A stretch of DNA of 62,360 nt, the filler included, from Sphacelaria rigidula (Eukaryota): NCBI GenBank assembly GCA_964200075.2. It is 11 parts of 11 records of this genome, joined end to end, with 100 filler letters (N's around TTAATTAATTAA, not from the genome) between each part and the next. Parts side by side here need not be neighbours in the genome. Positions count along the whole stretch, not along the records: positions 51,105 to 56,682 come from CAXNAA020026161.1; positions 56,783 to 62,360 come from CAXNAA020026162.1; 9 more parts are not named here. One strand, 5' to 3'. Shown here piece after piece: positions 51,853-62,360 of this stretch (positions are counted from its first letter, which is position 1; each line of letters starts with the position of its first letter). Below the pieces are notes generated by a model. That model worked only from the letters and a program-made list of their open reading frames with translations, made no database searches and was not told the origin of the DNA. The position numbers and the translations under genes are program-made.

Positions 51853-52967
51853 TTCGGTCGATCGAGCCTGTCCCGATCATATTTAGGAAGAAATGTACAG
51901 TTTTATTTTTTTGAAATTCTACCTACCTATGGAACTAGAGCCGAAAAACTGTGTATCACGGTCAATAACACTCCTGAAAACGGGGAATATACCCGTTTTG
52001 CCCGGTAACACTAACTAACATTGGCGTGAGCGTTGTGTTTCGAGGATAATCTATGGATTGTACCAAAATTTACCGACGCTAGCAATTTCGAGTTCTATCG
52101 AAGAGTGGTACGCGAGAAAATCAAAAACATCCCTAAATAGTTAGACCGCCCACTACTGTACCACGCACACCATGTACACGCGATACGAGCCGAAAATTAT
52201 GTCGTGGAAGTGGCTAAAGCAAGCATCAGGTAACCCGACATATGAACTCACGTGTGGTTGAAGTGGAAACTAGAACAATACATAACTGTCAGCTCCCACG
52301 GTACCCGATATGACAAGACAGATGATGACATTCAAGCATAGGAGCACGTGTGCGCGTGTAATACGATTCGGCAGATATGTTTCCTTTTGTCGCGTGTACA
52401 TATACCAACTTCGGTATCGAAATCGATAGATCTTGCTTTCGACGGTCGCTTGTACCGCTGTTGAGAACGAAGGACATCCCTCTTCTATTTATATCTTGTA
52501 ACCGTGAAATAGAACAGGATCAAACCAGGCCAGTAGCTCGGAACGTGATCAGGCATCTTCGAGTTCAGGACGATTTCCCTAACTTTGTTGGTGTATATGA
52601 TCTCCCTTAACGTCGTCAGGCATTCTGCCGGTGTGGAGCAACTTCCCGAAATGTTCGCAGGTGTTCCTCAAGGCCTGAACTGTGTAATACTGCATGTATC
52701 ATGTCCGGTGAATCACGACTTGGTATTATGCGGTCAAGCTCGTCTGCTTTCCTTGACCTCTTGTATCCTTTCAGTGTTATATGTACTTCAGATCCATACT
52801 GCCGTATTGGTGAGGAAGTCCCATTCGCTCAAATCACCTTGGGCACTAGAGTTGTAGTCGTGACGATCAATGTATGTAAAACGTTATTCCAGTAGGTGCA
52901 GGTAGTTCCTCTCCTTCCCGTTGATGTGCGACGATGGCGTTCTTTTTCAACCCGCTTTCTCCTGCAG

Positions 52968-55906
52968 CTGACAGGAGAACCCTCCGGTGTTTTGCCAACT
53001 GTGCTACCGCGAACGATAACTTCTCTTCAGAACCACCGCGCGACCGAGCTGATGGCCCGCGTGCCAGAGAGTGCATCAACGAGGGCTGCTCGAAGCGCCC
53101 GAGGTATGGTGTAGCGGGAAGCAAAAACGCGGAGTTCTGCTCTGAGCATGCCAGGGCGGGGATGGTTGATGTGGTGAGGAAGAAATGCGGCGACGAGCGC
53201 TGCCTGAAGAAGCCGTCGTATGGTGTAGCGAGAAGCAAAAACGCAGAGTTCTGCTCTCAGCACGCCAGGGCGGGAATGGTGGATGTGGTGACAAGGAAGT
53301 GCGGCGACGAGGGCTGCTCAAAGCAGCCGTCGTATGGCGTAGCGGGAAGCAAGAAGGCGAAGTTCTGCGCCCAGCATGCCAGGGCGGGAATGGTGAATGT
53401 GGTGAGCAGGACGTGCGGCGATGAGGGCTGCTCGAAGCAGCCGTCGTATGGCGTAGCGGGAAGCAAGAAGGCGGAGTTCTGCGCCCAGCATGCCAGAGCG
53501 GGAATGGTGAATGTGGTGAAGAAGAAATGCGGCGACGAGGGCTGCTCCAGTAGGCCGTCGTATGGTGTAGCGAAAAGCAAGAAGGCGGAGTTCTGCTCTC
53601 AGCATGCCAGGGCGGGAATGGTGGATGTGGTCCACCAGACGTGCGGCGACGAGGGCTGCTCGAAGAAGCCGTCGTTTGGTGTAGCGGGAAGCGAGAAGGC
53701 CATGTTCTGCTCTCAGCATGCCAGAGCGGGGATGGTGGATGTGGGGAGGAAGAAATGCGGCGACGAGGGCTGTTTTAAGAACCCCTCGTATGGTGTAGCG
53801 AGAAGCAAAAACGCGGAGTTCTGCTCTCAGCACGCCAGGGCGGGAATGGTGGATGTGGTGACAAGGAAGTGCGGCGACGAGGGCTGTTTTAAGAACCCCT
53901 CGTATGGCGTAGCGGGAAGCAAGAGGGCGGAGTTCTGCGCCCAGCATGCCAGGGCGGGAATGGTGGATGTGGTAAGCAGGACGTGCGGCCACGAGGGCTG
54001 CTCGAAGCAGCCGTCGTATGGCGTAGCGGGAAGCAAGAAGGCGGAGTTCTGCGCCCAGCATGCGAGGGCGGGAATGGTGAATGTGGTGAGCAGGACGTGT
54101 GGCGACGAGGGCTGCTCCAGTAGGCCGTCGTATGGTGCAGCGAAAAGCAAAAACGCGGAGTTCTGCGCCCAGCATGCCAGGGCAGGGATGGTAGACGTGG
54201 TGACTAAGAAATGCGGCGACGAGGGCTGCTCGAAGAGGCCGTCGTTTGGTGTGGCGGGAACTAAGAAAGCCGAGTTCTGCTCCCAGCATGCCAGAGCGGG
54301 AATGGTCGATGTGGTGACTAAGAAATGCGGCGCCGAGCGCTGCCTGAAGAAGCCGTCGTATGGTGTAGCGGGAAGCAAGATGGCGGAGTTCTGCTCTCAG
54401 CATGCCAGAGCGGGGATGGTGGATGTGGTGAGGAAGAAATGCGGCGACGAGGGCTGTTTTAAGAAGCCGTCGTATGGTGTAGCGAGAAGCAAAAACGCGG
54501 AGTTCTGCTCTCAGCACGCCAGGGCGGGGATGGTGAATGTGGTGACAAGGAAGTGCGGCGACGAGGGCTGCTCAAAGGAGCCGTCGTATGGCGTAGCGGG
54601 AAGCAAGAAGGCGGAGTTCTGCTCTCAGCATGCCAGGGCGGGAATGGTGAATGTGGTAAGCAGGACGTGCGGCGATGAGGGCTGCTCCAGTAGGCCGTCG
54701 TATGGTGTAGCGAAAAGCAAAAACGCGGAGTTCTGCTCTCAGCATGCCAGGGCAGGGATGGTAGACGTGGTGACTAAGAAATGCGGCGAGGAGGGCTGCT
54801 CGAAGAAGCCGTCGTATGGTGTGGCGGGAACTAAGAAGGCCGAGTTCTGCTCCCAGCATGCCAGGGCGAAAATGGTGAATGTGGTGAGGAAGAAATGCGG
54901 CGCCGAGCGCTGCCTGAAGAAGCCGTCGTATGGCGCAGCGGGAAGCAAGATGGCGGAGTTCTGCTCTCAGCATGCCAGAGCGGGGATGGTGGATGTGTTG
55001 AGCAGGACGTGCGGCGACGAGAGCTGCTCCAAAGGGCCGTTGTACGGTGGAGCGGGAAGTAAACAGGCGGAGTTCTGCTCGAAGCATGCCAGGGCGGGAA
55101 TGGTGGATGTGGTGACAAGGAAGTGTGGTGACGACCGCTGCTCGAAGATGCCGTCGTATGGTGTAGCGGTAAGCAAGATGGCGGAGTTCTGCTCGAAACA
55201 TGCCAAGGCTGGGAGGGTTCATGTGATGAGCTACAAGTCTAGCATAGAGGCACGCTTGAAATTGGATATTCTCAATAACGACAACCTTGATAAGGCAATA
55301 GTATGCCGACAGTATCCCACTGCGCATGAAGTAGCTAGAGTATACGACATGGAACACCCCAGCTCTGAGGAGGCCACCTTCACCCGCACCACAAGCGGCG
55401 GTGGTGAAGGAAGTAGCAGCACAGCCGACGGTGGGGGAGGAAGCGTTGCTGGCGTCCGAGGAACAAAACGTAAGCGCGCACCATGCTTGAGTTCTTGTAC
55501 AAGCAACGTCATTGATACTCGACGTAGTGTGTACCCTCTTGCCGGGCGTAGTGGTGTAACACCACTGTCACTTCCGGGCCAGCTACCCTCAGGGACGGAT
55601 CGTGAGGTGTCTTCCATGCCAAGGATACAAGCAGGAATAAAGATGGAGATGACAGCTCCCTCTCCTACACATGGTGGCACTGGAAAGGGGGAGTGTAGCG
55701 AGCATACTGACCCTTTGAAGGGTTGGAGCAGTGCAGGTGGTAAGAGTAGCTCCAGCAGCAGCAGTTGTGGTGTAAGTGCGGGACGGCTATGTGGGTCGCC
55801 GGCAGTTGTATGTGGGTCTGTTGGCGGATCTGTCGGTTTGGAATCAGTAGAGACGTTGGGGGGTTCAAGCGTGAAGTTGGAGCTAGGAGTGGCGTCCGAC
55901 AGGTGA
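52968..55906 (+). CDS. EsV-1-7 cysteine-rich repeat protein (19 x 38-aa C-x4-C-x16-C-x2-H repeats) with a low-complexity C-terminal tail; probably a terminal exon
   Basis: Intact 990-codon ORF (52934-55906). The repeat consensus CGDEGCSKxPSYGVAGSKKAEFCSQHARAGMVDVVxxx matches the EsV-1-7 family. A polypyrimidine tract plus CAG acceptor at 52965-52967 suggests ATG 52934 is intronic. Confidence 0.92.
53072..55237 (+). repeat. Coding tandem array, 19 x 114 bp
   Basis: Exact 114-nt periodicity without indels, from TGCATCAAC (53072) to TACAAG (55237). Confidence 0.97.
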
Positions 55907-57699
55907 CGGACAGTGCTGTTCCTTGTACTGATCTTGTTTAGATTACGCGGGGAGTATGCTAAACGCCAGCTTGCACGGCCCGCCCCCTCGACCGGAACGT
56001 GGCTGGTACGGATTGGTTTGCTCTCTCGATGCGGAGGAGCTCGTGAAGCTGTGGGGTCCTGATATCCCGATTCTATGTTCCACCAGTGTGTCGTAGATTT
56101 TTGGTTTGGACACGTGTGATCGCCATGTGTCTTGCAGTCATGTGCCGAGAGCTGCCCGAAGGTAGATGCACTATGGAAGTCGACCACCCAATGAACCGTG
56201 ACACTGCTGTTTACGTACAACTCATGCAGCAAATATGTCCAGCTCTCTACAGATGATGCAGTGCGATTTTCGAGGTATATGTCTCAAGCAACACGATAAA
56301 AGCACACGGAGAGAGTCCTTCGACTCGTCATCCTTGTTCATTTCACACTTGTATCCCAAACCACAGCGCAGGTAGTGTCTCACATGTATGTACGGACGAT
56401 GTAGCCTTATTTCGTCGTTCCCGTGGAGGTATACCGAAGCAGTGCTGTAAATAGGCTCCAGGCTGTATTTGCGGGAACAGCGACATTTTGGAGATATATT
56501 CCAATCTTCAAATTGGTTGTTGTCTCAGTCTATTCCAGATTCGGCTATAGATTTCTGTGACAGAAAACGCTCTCGTTTTTTCGGAATACTTTTAAAAAAA
56601 CAAGAGAACTCTTTGAAAAACGAGCAGAACGTTTTGAAAAACTGCTAGAACCATGACCCCAATGTCTTGAGGCCAGGCCAGTNNNNNNNNNNNNNNNNNN
56701 NNNNNNNNNNNNNNNNNNNNNNNNNNTTAATTAATTAANNNNNNNNNNNNNNNNNNNNNNNNNNNNNNNNNNNNNNNNNNNNGTTGTGTTTTCGAAAAAC
56801 ATCCACGAGTGCACTCGTCTCGACGAGTGATGACTCGTCCGACGTATGGAAATTTCGAACATGAATGACGGGTGCCTCGGTCATCAATTGTTCAATTTTC
56901 CCGACGGCTTCATCATGTTCCGTAGTCTAGAGTTTTGAAACTTGTTTCGCCGCTTTTTGTTTTGCACAACATCCAGGTGCTACGTCTCAACCAGATGTGA
57001 CCGGATGAACTCTTGGAGGGATAATAGGCGGTTTCAATTTGGAATCAACAGCAACTGCTTATAAAATTGTTGTTGATTCTGGCGGCAGGTTGAACATGAG
57101 TCAACATGGAATGTAGCGTTACCGATTCAATGGGGATACGGCGCAGAATGTAGCATGATATGATCCTTAACAAGTTGAGCTTCATTTTTTACGATGATGA
57201 ACCCTTGTCCGGTGTATCGCTTTCTGGACGGCTGTAATAAAGGCTGCTTAGGAACCAACTCTCATCGTGCTCTTCTTCAGCTTCTGCTTTATCCTAGTTG
57301 TGTACTTTCACGTCACAACTGGGGACTGTTTTGGTGCCTCGCCGGAGGAGTTAATGTACTGACTAGGAAACCCGCTTCTCTCCGATATTTTTCACCAGAT
57401 TGTTGGCACTTTTTCTCCATTGCATGCGTACTGAGGTGTGAAATATTAACCTGTCTGTAGTTTTCAACTCCTCTCAACTTGTGAGCTGGGATGCCGTAAG
57501 ACTGTCCGATACACCTCGTTCTAGAGCTTGCTAAATGGTGGGGAATGACAAGGTAGTGCATTCGCAGGTTGGGTATAATCTTTGTTTTTGCTATTTCGAG
57601 TCACCGCCTTTCCAGAGGTCGGCCTGTTTGATTAGTTGCCGTGCTTATTGCACTATGGTGGTCAAAAGCTGGTAGATAAGTGTGGCTTCCCTGCTTGAC

Positions 57700-57873
57700 T
57701 AGCCGTGCTGGTGACATATAACGCACGCTGATGAGACTAATTTCGCGTTTCGCTGTATGACTAGCCATGCAGGTGACATATAATGCACACTTAGGAGTCT
57801 AACTTCGCGTTTCACTGTTTCATTAGCCATGCGGGTGACATAAAATGCATACTGAGGGGGCTAATTTCGCGTT
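57700..57873 (+). repeat. 62-bp tandem repeat, ~2.8 copies
   Basis: TAGCC.TGC.GGTGACATA.AA.GCA..CT...G...CTAA.TTCGCGTT at 57700, 57762 and 57824. Confidence 0.9.
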
Positions 57874-58463
57874 GACCCAAACACAGTACTCGAATAACTT
57901 CTCAACTCGAATAATTGTGCACATGCATGGCCCATACATTTCACCTGCAGTAGTAGCAGTGCTTCGAGGACCCTGGTGTTTCTAGCGTCGGATCAATCGA
58001 TTGTCGTTCTTCTTTTTTACTTCTACGGCCTGTCTTGCCTGAGTTCTTTTTCTGGTGTCACCAATGTGAGGAAGGCATATCGCTAGGGTACACAGACACA
58101 TACGGGAGAGACTGGCGTTGGAGATGTCGTCCTGATGCCGAGGGAACTCCGAGGCTGGTGACGATATCCTCTTGTGATATGTAGGCAAGAATTGGGTCAA
58201 ACGTGAAGTGATCACGGTGATGTGATTCGTTACCTCGGGGAATGCAGGGTCGTCCTGGGGTCCCGCTCTTCTTGGCATCACCCCGAGTTGTCTAGTATCG
58301 TTGGCATCACAGGGTCACGGTAATCTGGTCCTCTCGGACCGTTCCCATCTTGTACCTACATGCGCTGGTTCCTGATACATGTGTGGCATCAATGGCTTAT
58401 ATGCCACTGCCAAGAGGTGCTTGCACATATGGACAGTTGTTGCAAATGAGAAAGCGAGAGTCA

Positions 58464-59774
58464 GGCCGTTTCTTCCGGTTAGTTCTTTCCCCTCGTTTTT
58501 TGCAAATAACGGGGGAAAAATACAAGATGGCTAATTACGGTTCGTTTTTTCACAAGATTCTCGGGGAAAAAATACTAGACGAGGGAAATTTTACGAGATG
58601 GGCCACCCTGGCTTGTATTTTTCGAGAAAACACAAGACGAGATCGACTTGTAGTTTTCTCTCGTTCTTTTCAATCGCGGCGCGACGAGACTAGCAACACC
58701 CGCCAGCCCTGAATACGTTTGTGCCCTTCGACATCTGCGGGGCTCTCCCGACAGAAACTTCGAACATCCCCAGCGCCGTTTACACACAAGACTAAACTTT
58801 GCTTCGCCATCCCGGCGTACTCGAGATGTCGTCAAGGGTTGATGATCGAGTAGCATCGACCGTGCTCTCGAAAACCTGCAGCACAGACAGTACCCAGCGC
58901 AGAGATTACAGGATACTGTCTGCGATGTCTCATGCAGCGAGTTGTAGGTGTCAGTTTGCACACAACAGTAGTACGCACGGCTGTAGTAAAAATGATGTGT
59001 ACAACGTGATATATGTGGACAATGTGCAATACAGACAACACCAGGCAGCACTGTACTGTCTGCACTGCCGCATTAAACACTAAGATGCGCATGCCATGCA
59101 TGCTGCACCCAACGGCTGCCGAAAATGATTTGGACAACGTCCAGTGCAGACATTACATGGGTTGCACTGCCGCATTCAACAGTACAGGAGGATGGAAATG
59201 TTAGTTTGCCTGTACAGTAGTACAACGGCTGCACTAAATATGATGTGGGCAACGTGCGGTACAGATAGAACTAAGCAATACAATACTGCCTGTTTTGCCT
59301 GCCGCATACGGCAGTATACATGTACACATGTCAGGTTGGGGACGGTAATATACAACGGCTGCACTAGATTCGATGCGGAGGAGTGCAGTACAGACAGTAG
59401 TAGACAGTAGTAGACAGTACAGTGCATACGGGATTTGACAGTTTAGATTCAAGATGTCCGTTTGCACACAGTGCGAGCTGGGCCAGCAGCGATCGGGGGA
59501 GGTCTATGTTTCACGTCTCCTTAGACAAACACAGGAAGCTTAGCATGGCGAAGTCTTTGGGTCTTTGTACCTCGCCTTGGCATGCACATCCCTTTGAATC
59601 CCGCTGACCGTACTTTTGGTATTTCTCCACTCTTTTGGTACCCCACCCCCCTCAAAAATATATCTGCAACCGTAAGCTACGGTCAACATCTCTCATAGTA
59701 TTTCCCGAGCGATATGTTTCCCTCATGATTTGTTGCAAAAAACGAGGGGAAAATACGAACCGGAGGAAACGGCC
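58464..59774. mobile_element. PIF/Harbinger-like non-autonomous element (1311 bp)
   Basis: ~40-bp imperfect TIRs GGCCGTTTC(T/C)TCCGGTT..T..TTTCCCCTCGTTTTTTGCAA; 3-bp TSD TCA at 58461-58463 and 59775-59777; internal degenerate repeats. Confidence 0.85.
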
Positions 59775-61251
59775 TCACGACGAAACCACGTGCAGCAAAA
59801 ATCACATCGTTTTGTGAGGCTAAGAGCACAAACGATGACCTTAGAAGATAGTTGCGAGCATGCTCTACCCGTGTGCAAAGTGGAAGCATATGTTACGCAG
59901 TACAACGCGAGTTTTGTGTGATTGCATTATGGAAAATAACCATCGCATGTGTACAATACTAGTATTTGTTTCGCCAGCTGCTGGAAAGTCTTTCTTGCGT
60001 TTGTGCGCTGCGATGAATAGAAATGAGGTAGAACTTTTGGGAGGAGGTGACCGTCGACATGGTCTATCGCTGAAGGCCAAACATATTGGGGTTTAACGAT
60101 TCATCGAGTCTGCTGACCCCACCGTGAGTTGCTCTATGGAGGAGTGGTGGAAAACGTGACACTAAACCACACTGATTCGTCCGCTGACTGTCACACCAGT
60201 ATGGAGGATGGCTTCTGTAGACGCGATGGGCGCCAGATGGACATGAAAGATCCGCAGGCTTACTTTACTGTGAACTGAACGAATCAGCCAATAAGAATAC
60301 AGCAGTCTTGTGTTCGGGTTGAGGGAGATGGGCGCACCCTCATTTTGTTTTCTCACCATTTTGCTGCATGTGCTGACATACTTCGTATGTTTACATGGAT
60401 GATTGCAGGTATTGCTGGCAATATCACTGCTACTGCTTTCACCACCGTGACGGCCGATGTACTCTCCTACTGTGGGATATGCACACATGACTTCAGCGTG
60501 GAGCACACATGTGGCATCGGCCTGTTCTGTGTAGGTGCTGTCTCTCCACAAGAATAACTGTTCCGAACATCTCGCAAAAGCCTGTCTTCTCGGGGAAAGT
60601 TACAAGTGAGGGGTTTGACGGTGTTCGGGTAAATTCTTTCAAGCTCTTGAAGAGGACCCACCGGAGTTGCTCTATGGAGGACACACTCAGCTGTCTCGAC
60701 AACAACGACACCGGTGCTGTTGTATCGACCAACAGGCTCGTCAATGAACAAAAGCCCGGGAGACTTCCTCCACGATACCCCTCGCAGGCTTCGTTTGTTC
60801 TGCAGCACCGTATCCTAGTTGCCAAGATATTCGCGCATTCTCGAAAATGTCCGTCTCTGTGCGTGCCGTGTGATGGAGGACAGCTGCCATGTGCACAGCG
60901 GAGTATCCAGTATTCCCGCACCGACAAAGGCACTGCTATTCCACGGCATTTTGTCCAACGCGGATGCCACATACTACGTCGATGTTTTCCAGAGACACAC
61001 GGAGTGCTACCTCATGCATGGGCACGAGAATTGATGGCTGTGTAATTCGAAAATCTCACGAGAAGAACTGTTGTACCTCAGACCGCACCCACAGAAATCC
61101 CAGGCACGCGGCACTCCCGTATCACACTAGATCCACAGAAGTAACACCCAAAAAATGACATCCGAAGCGCTGAAGGAGTGAGAAGCAGGTATAGAACCAG
61201 ACAGGTGGACATACAGACATACCGAAAGACTGGCAGGTGTACTGAGCTCAC

Positions 61252-61476
61252 CTGCTCCGTGGCTTCCAGGTTCCCGTTTGTGCCCTCTCCCCCCTGCTTA
61301 GCTCCCTTCTCGTCGCGAACCCGCAAGTAGTAGGTCGGCGGCGGAGACGGCGGGCAGTCATCTGAGTCCTCAGCATCCAAATTGAGCGTTTCATCATCGA
61401 CGTACATCACCTCCACTTCCCGCAACCTGCGTCCCGCGATCTCCGCACCCCCATCGAAGTGCGCCGACATGGTTGT
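61252..61476 (-). CDS. Probable internal or first coding exon of an unknown protein
   Basis: Acceptor ACACACAG and donor CAG|GTGAG bound a 225-nt open, GC-rich frame (MSAHFDGGAEIAGRRLREVEVMYVDDE...EATEQ). Confidence 0.5.
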
Positions 61477-62360
61477 CTGTGTGTGTTCTTAACGTTCGTT
61501 TGGTTGTATCTCAGTCGGTCTTCAGTCCTCCGCGCTAGGATACACGCTGTAGGTGCGAAAATTTGGTCATTATCCAATATACCAAAGCTTTCCCGGTTAA
61601 GCCAACGCCGGAGCAGACAGGGCGTGATTTCTATGAATGCAGTTTCTTATGCGTCATTTCAGTCTTCTTTCGACATGTTATGTTTTGTGGGGGATGTACT
61701 TTGAACAAAGCAGAACCACCGCAGCTTCTTGTGATCGCGGGTCTGAATGATGTCCTGGGGACAATCCGACGCCGCACCCTAACACCAAGCCGGACAGCGG
61801 AGCCCCGAAGCTCGTATCTGCGTGGGTTGCGACAGGACAGTGAAAATGTCGTCAAATCCTGCAAGAAAATCATTGCGGTCATCCGTAGCTCAACTGCGGC
61901 GAGTGCATGTTTCGTATCATCATTGTGGCGCTAGCAGCGGTCGCACTTCCTCTTGGAACACGACGTGCGGTGTGATTACCATCAACAGCAAATTGCACCG
62001 CGTGTTCTCTGCACGTTGTGGTCAGGATCATGGAGAAATTCTAGGTCGTGGTGCTACTGTCAGGTGTGACTCGACCCTATCGTTCCTTTGAGGGCGTTCC
62101 CCGCACCATATATACACTATTATAGTAGCGGTAACAGCAGGCGCACATGTTGCGCATGTTGTTCTAAAAACTCGGAGGAATCTTGTTCAACATGGTCGTT
62201 ATTTCTTCGACGAGCGACAAACCCTGTTTTGACGGGCGAAGAAACGAACAGGCAATCCCGGGACACCAAAGTTACTTGGTATCAGTATCGTGATTAGAGC
62301 CATGCTGCGATAGGGGGGGGGGGGAGAATTTGGGCCATTTTTTCCGTGAAATACCACTTC

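Noticed and set aside
47137..55906. Functional linkage between the gypsy element and the EsV-1-7 gene
   Set aside because: They are on different contigs, separated by an artificial linker at 51005-51104.
52934..55906. Endogenous phaeovirus segment
   Set aside because: No NCLDV core genes on the contig; the splice acceptor and repeat-rich flanks indicate a host family member.
53318..56232. Long antisense ORFs (399, 261, 333 aa) over the EsV-1-7 gene
   Set aside because: Shadows of a GC-rich, stop-poor tandem coding repeat; no independent domain signal.
5624..56738. TTAATTAATTAA palindrome recurring every ~5678 bp, superficially like a regularly spaced array
   Set aside because: Each copy is embedded in N runs and is a six-frame-stop assembly linker, not biological sequence.
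57728..57760. CTGATGAG hammerhead core in the 62-bp repeat
   Set aside because: No downstream GAAA on the same strand, and the motif is not conserved in the other two units.

Overview
This is eukaryotic, repeat-rich DNA, most likely from a brown alga (Phaeophyceae/stramenopile). That assignment is inferred from an EsV-1-7 repeat gene, splice-site style and the retroelement types. The window is not a contiguous locus. It consists of 11 unrelated contigs of 5578-5579 bp joined by identical 100-bp artificial linkers (N44-TTAATTAATTAA-N44), so neighbourhood arguments hold only within a contig. Mobile content: three degenerate Ty3/gypsy pol copies, two Ty1/copia remnants, a decayed RTE-type LINE, a tRNA-derived SINE family, several MITEs, and an unclassified direct-repeat element associated with oligo-C tracts. 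Host coding content: a large exon encoding LamG-like plus cadherin-like/tandem-95 domains, a 19-repeat EsV-1-7 zinc-binding array protein, and a few isolated exons. Best leads: (1) the EsV-1-7 array, which has position-specific hypervariable residues, an NLS-like motif and SUMO motifs (a possible modular nucleic-acid reader); (2) gypsy integrases carrying a chromodomain plus a second Tudor/PWWP-like domain; (3) a loop-less 80-nt fold-back; (4) an A-B-A-C non-coding element. All calls were made by eye, without database searches.
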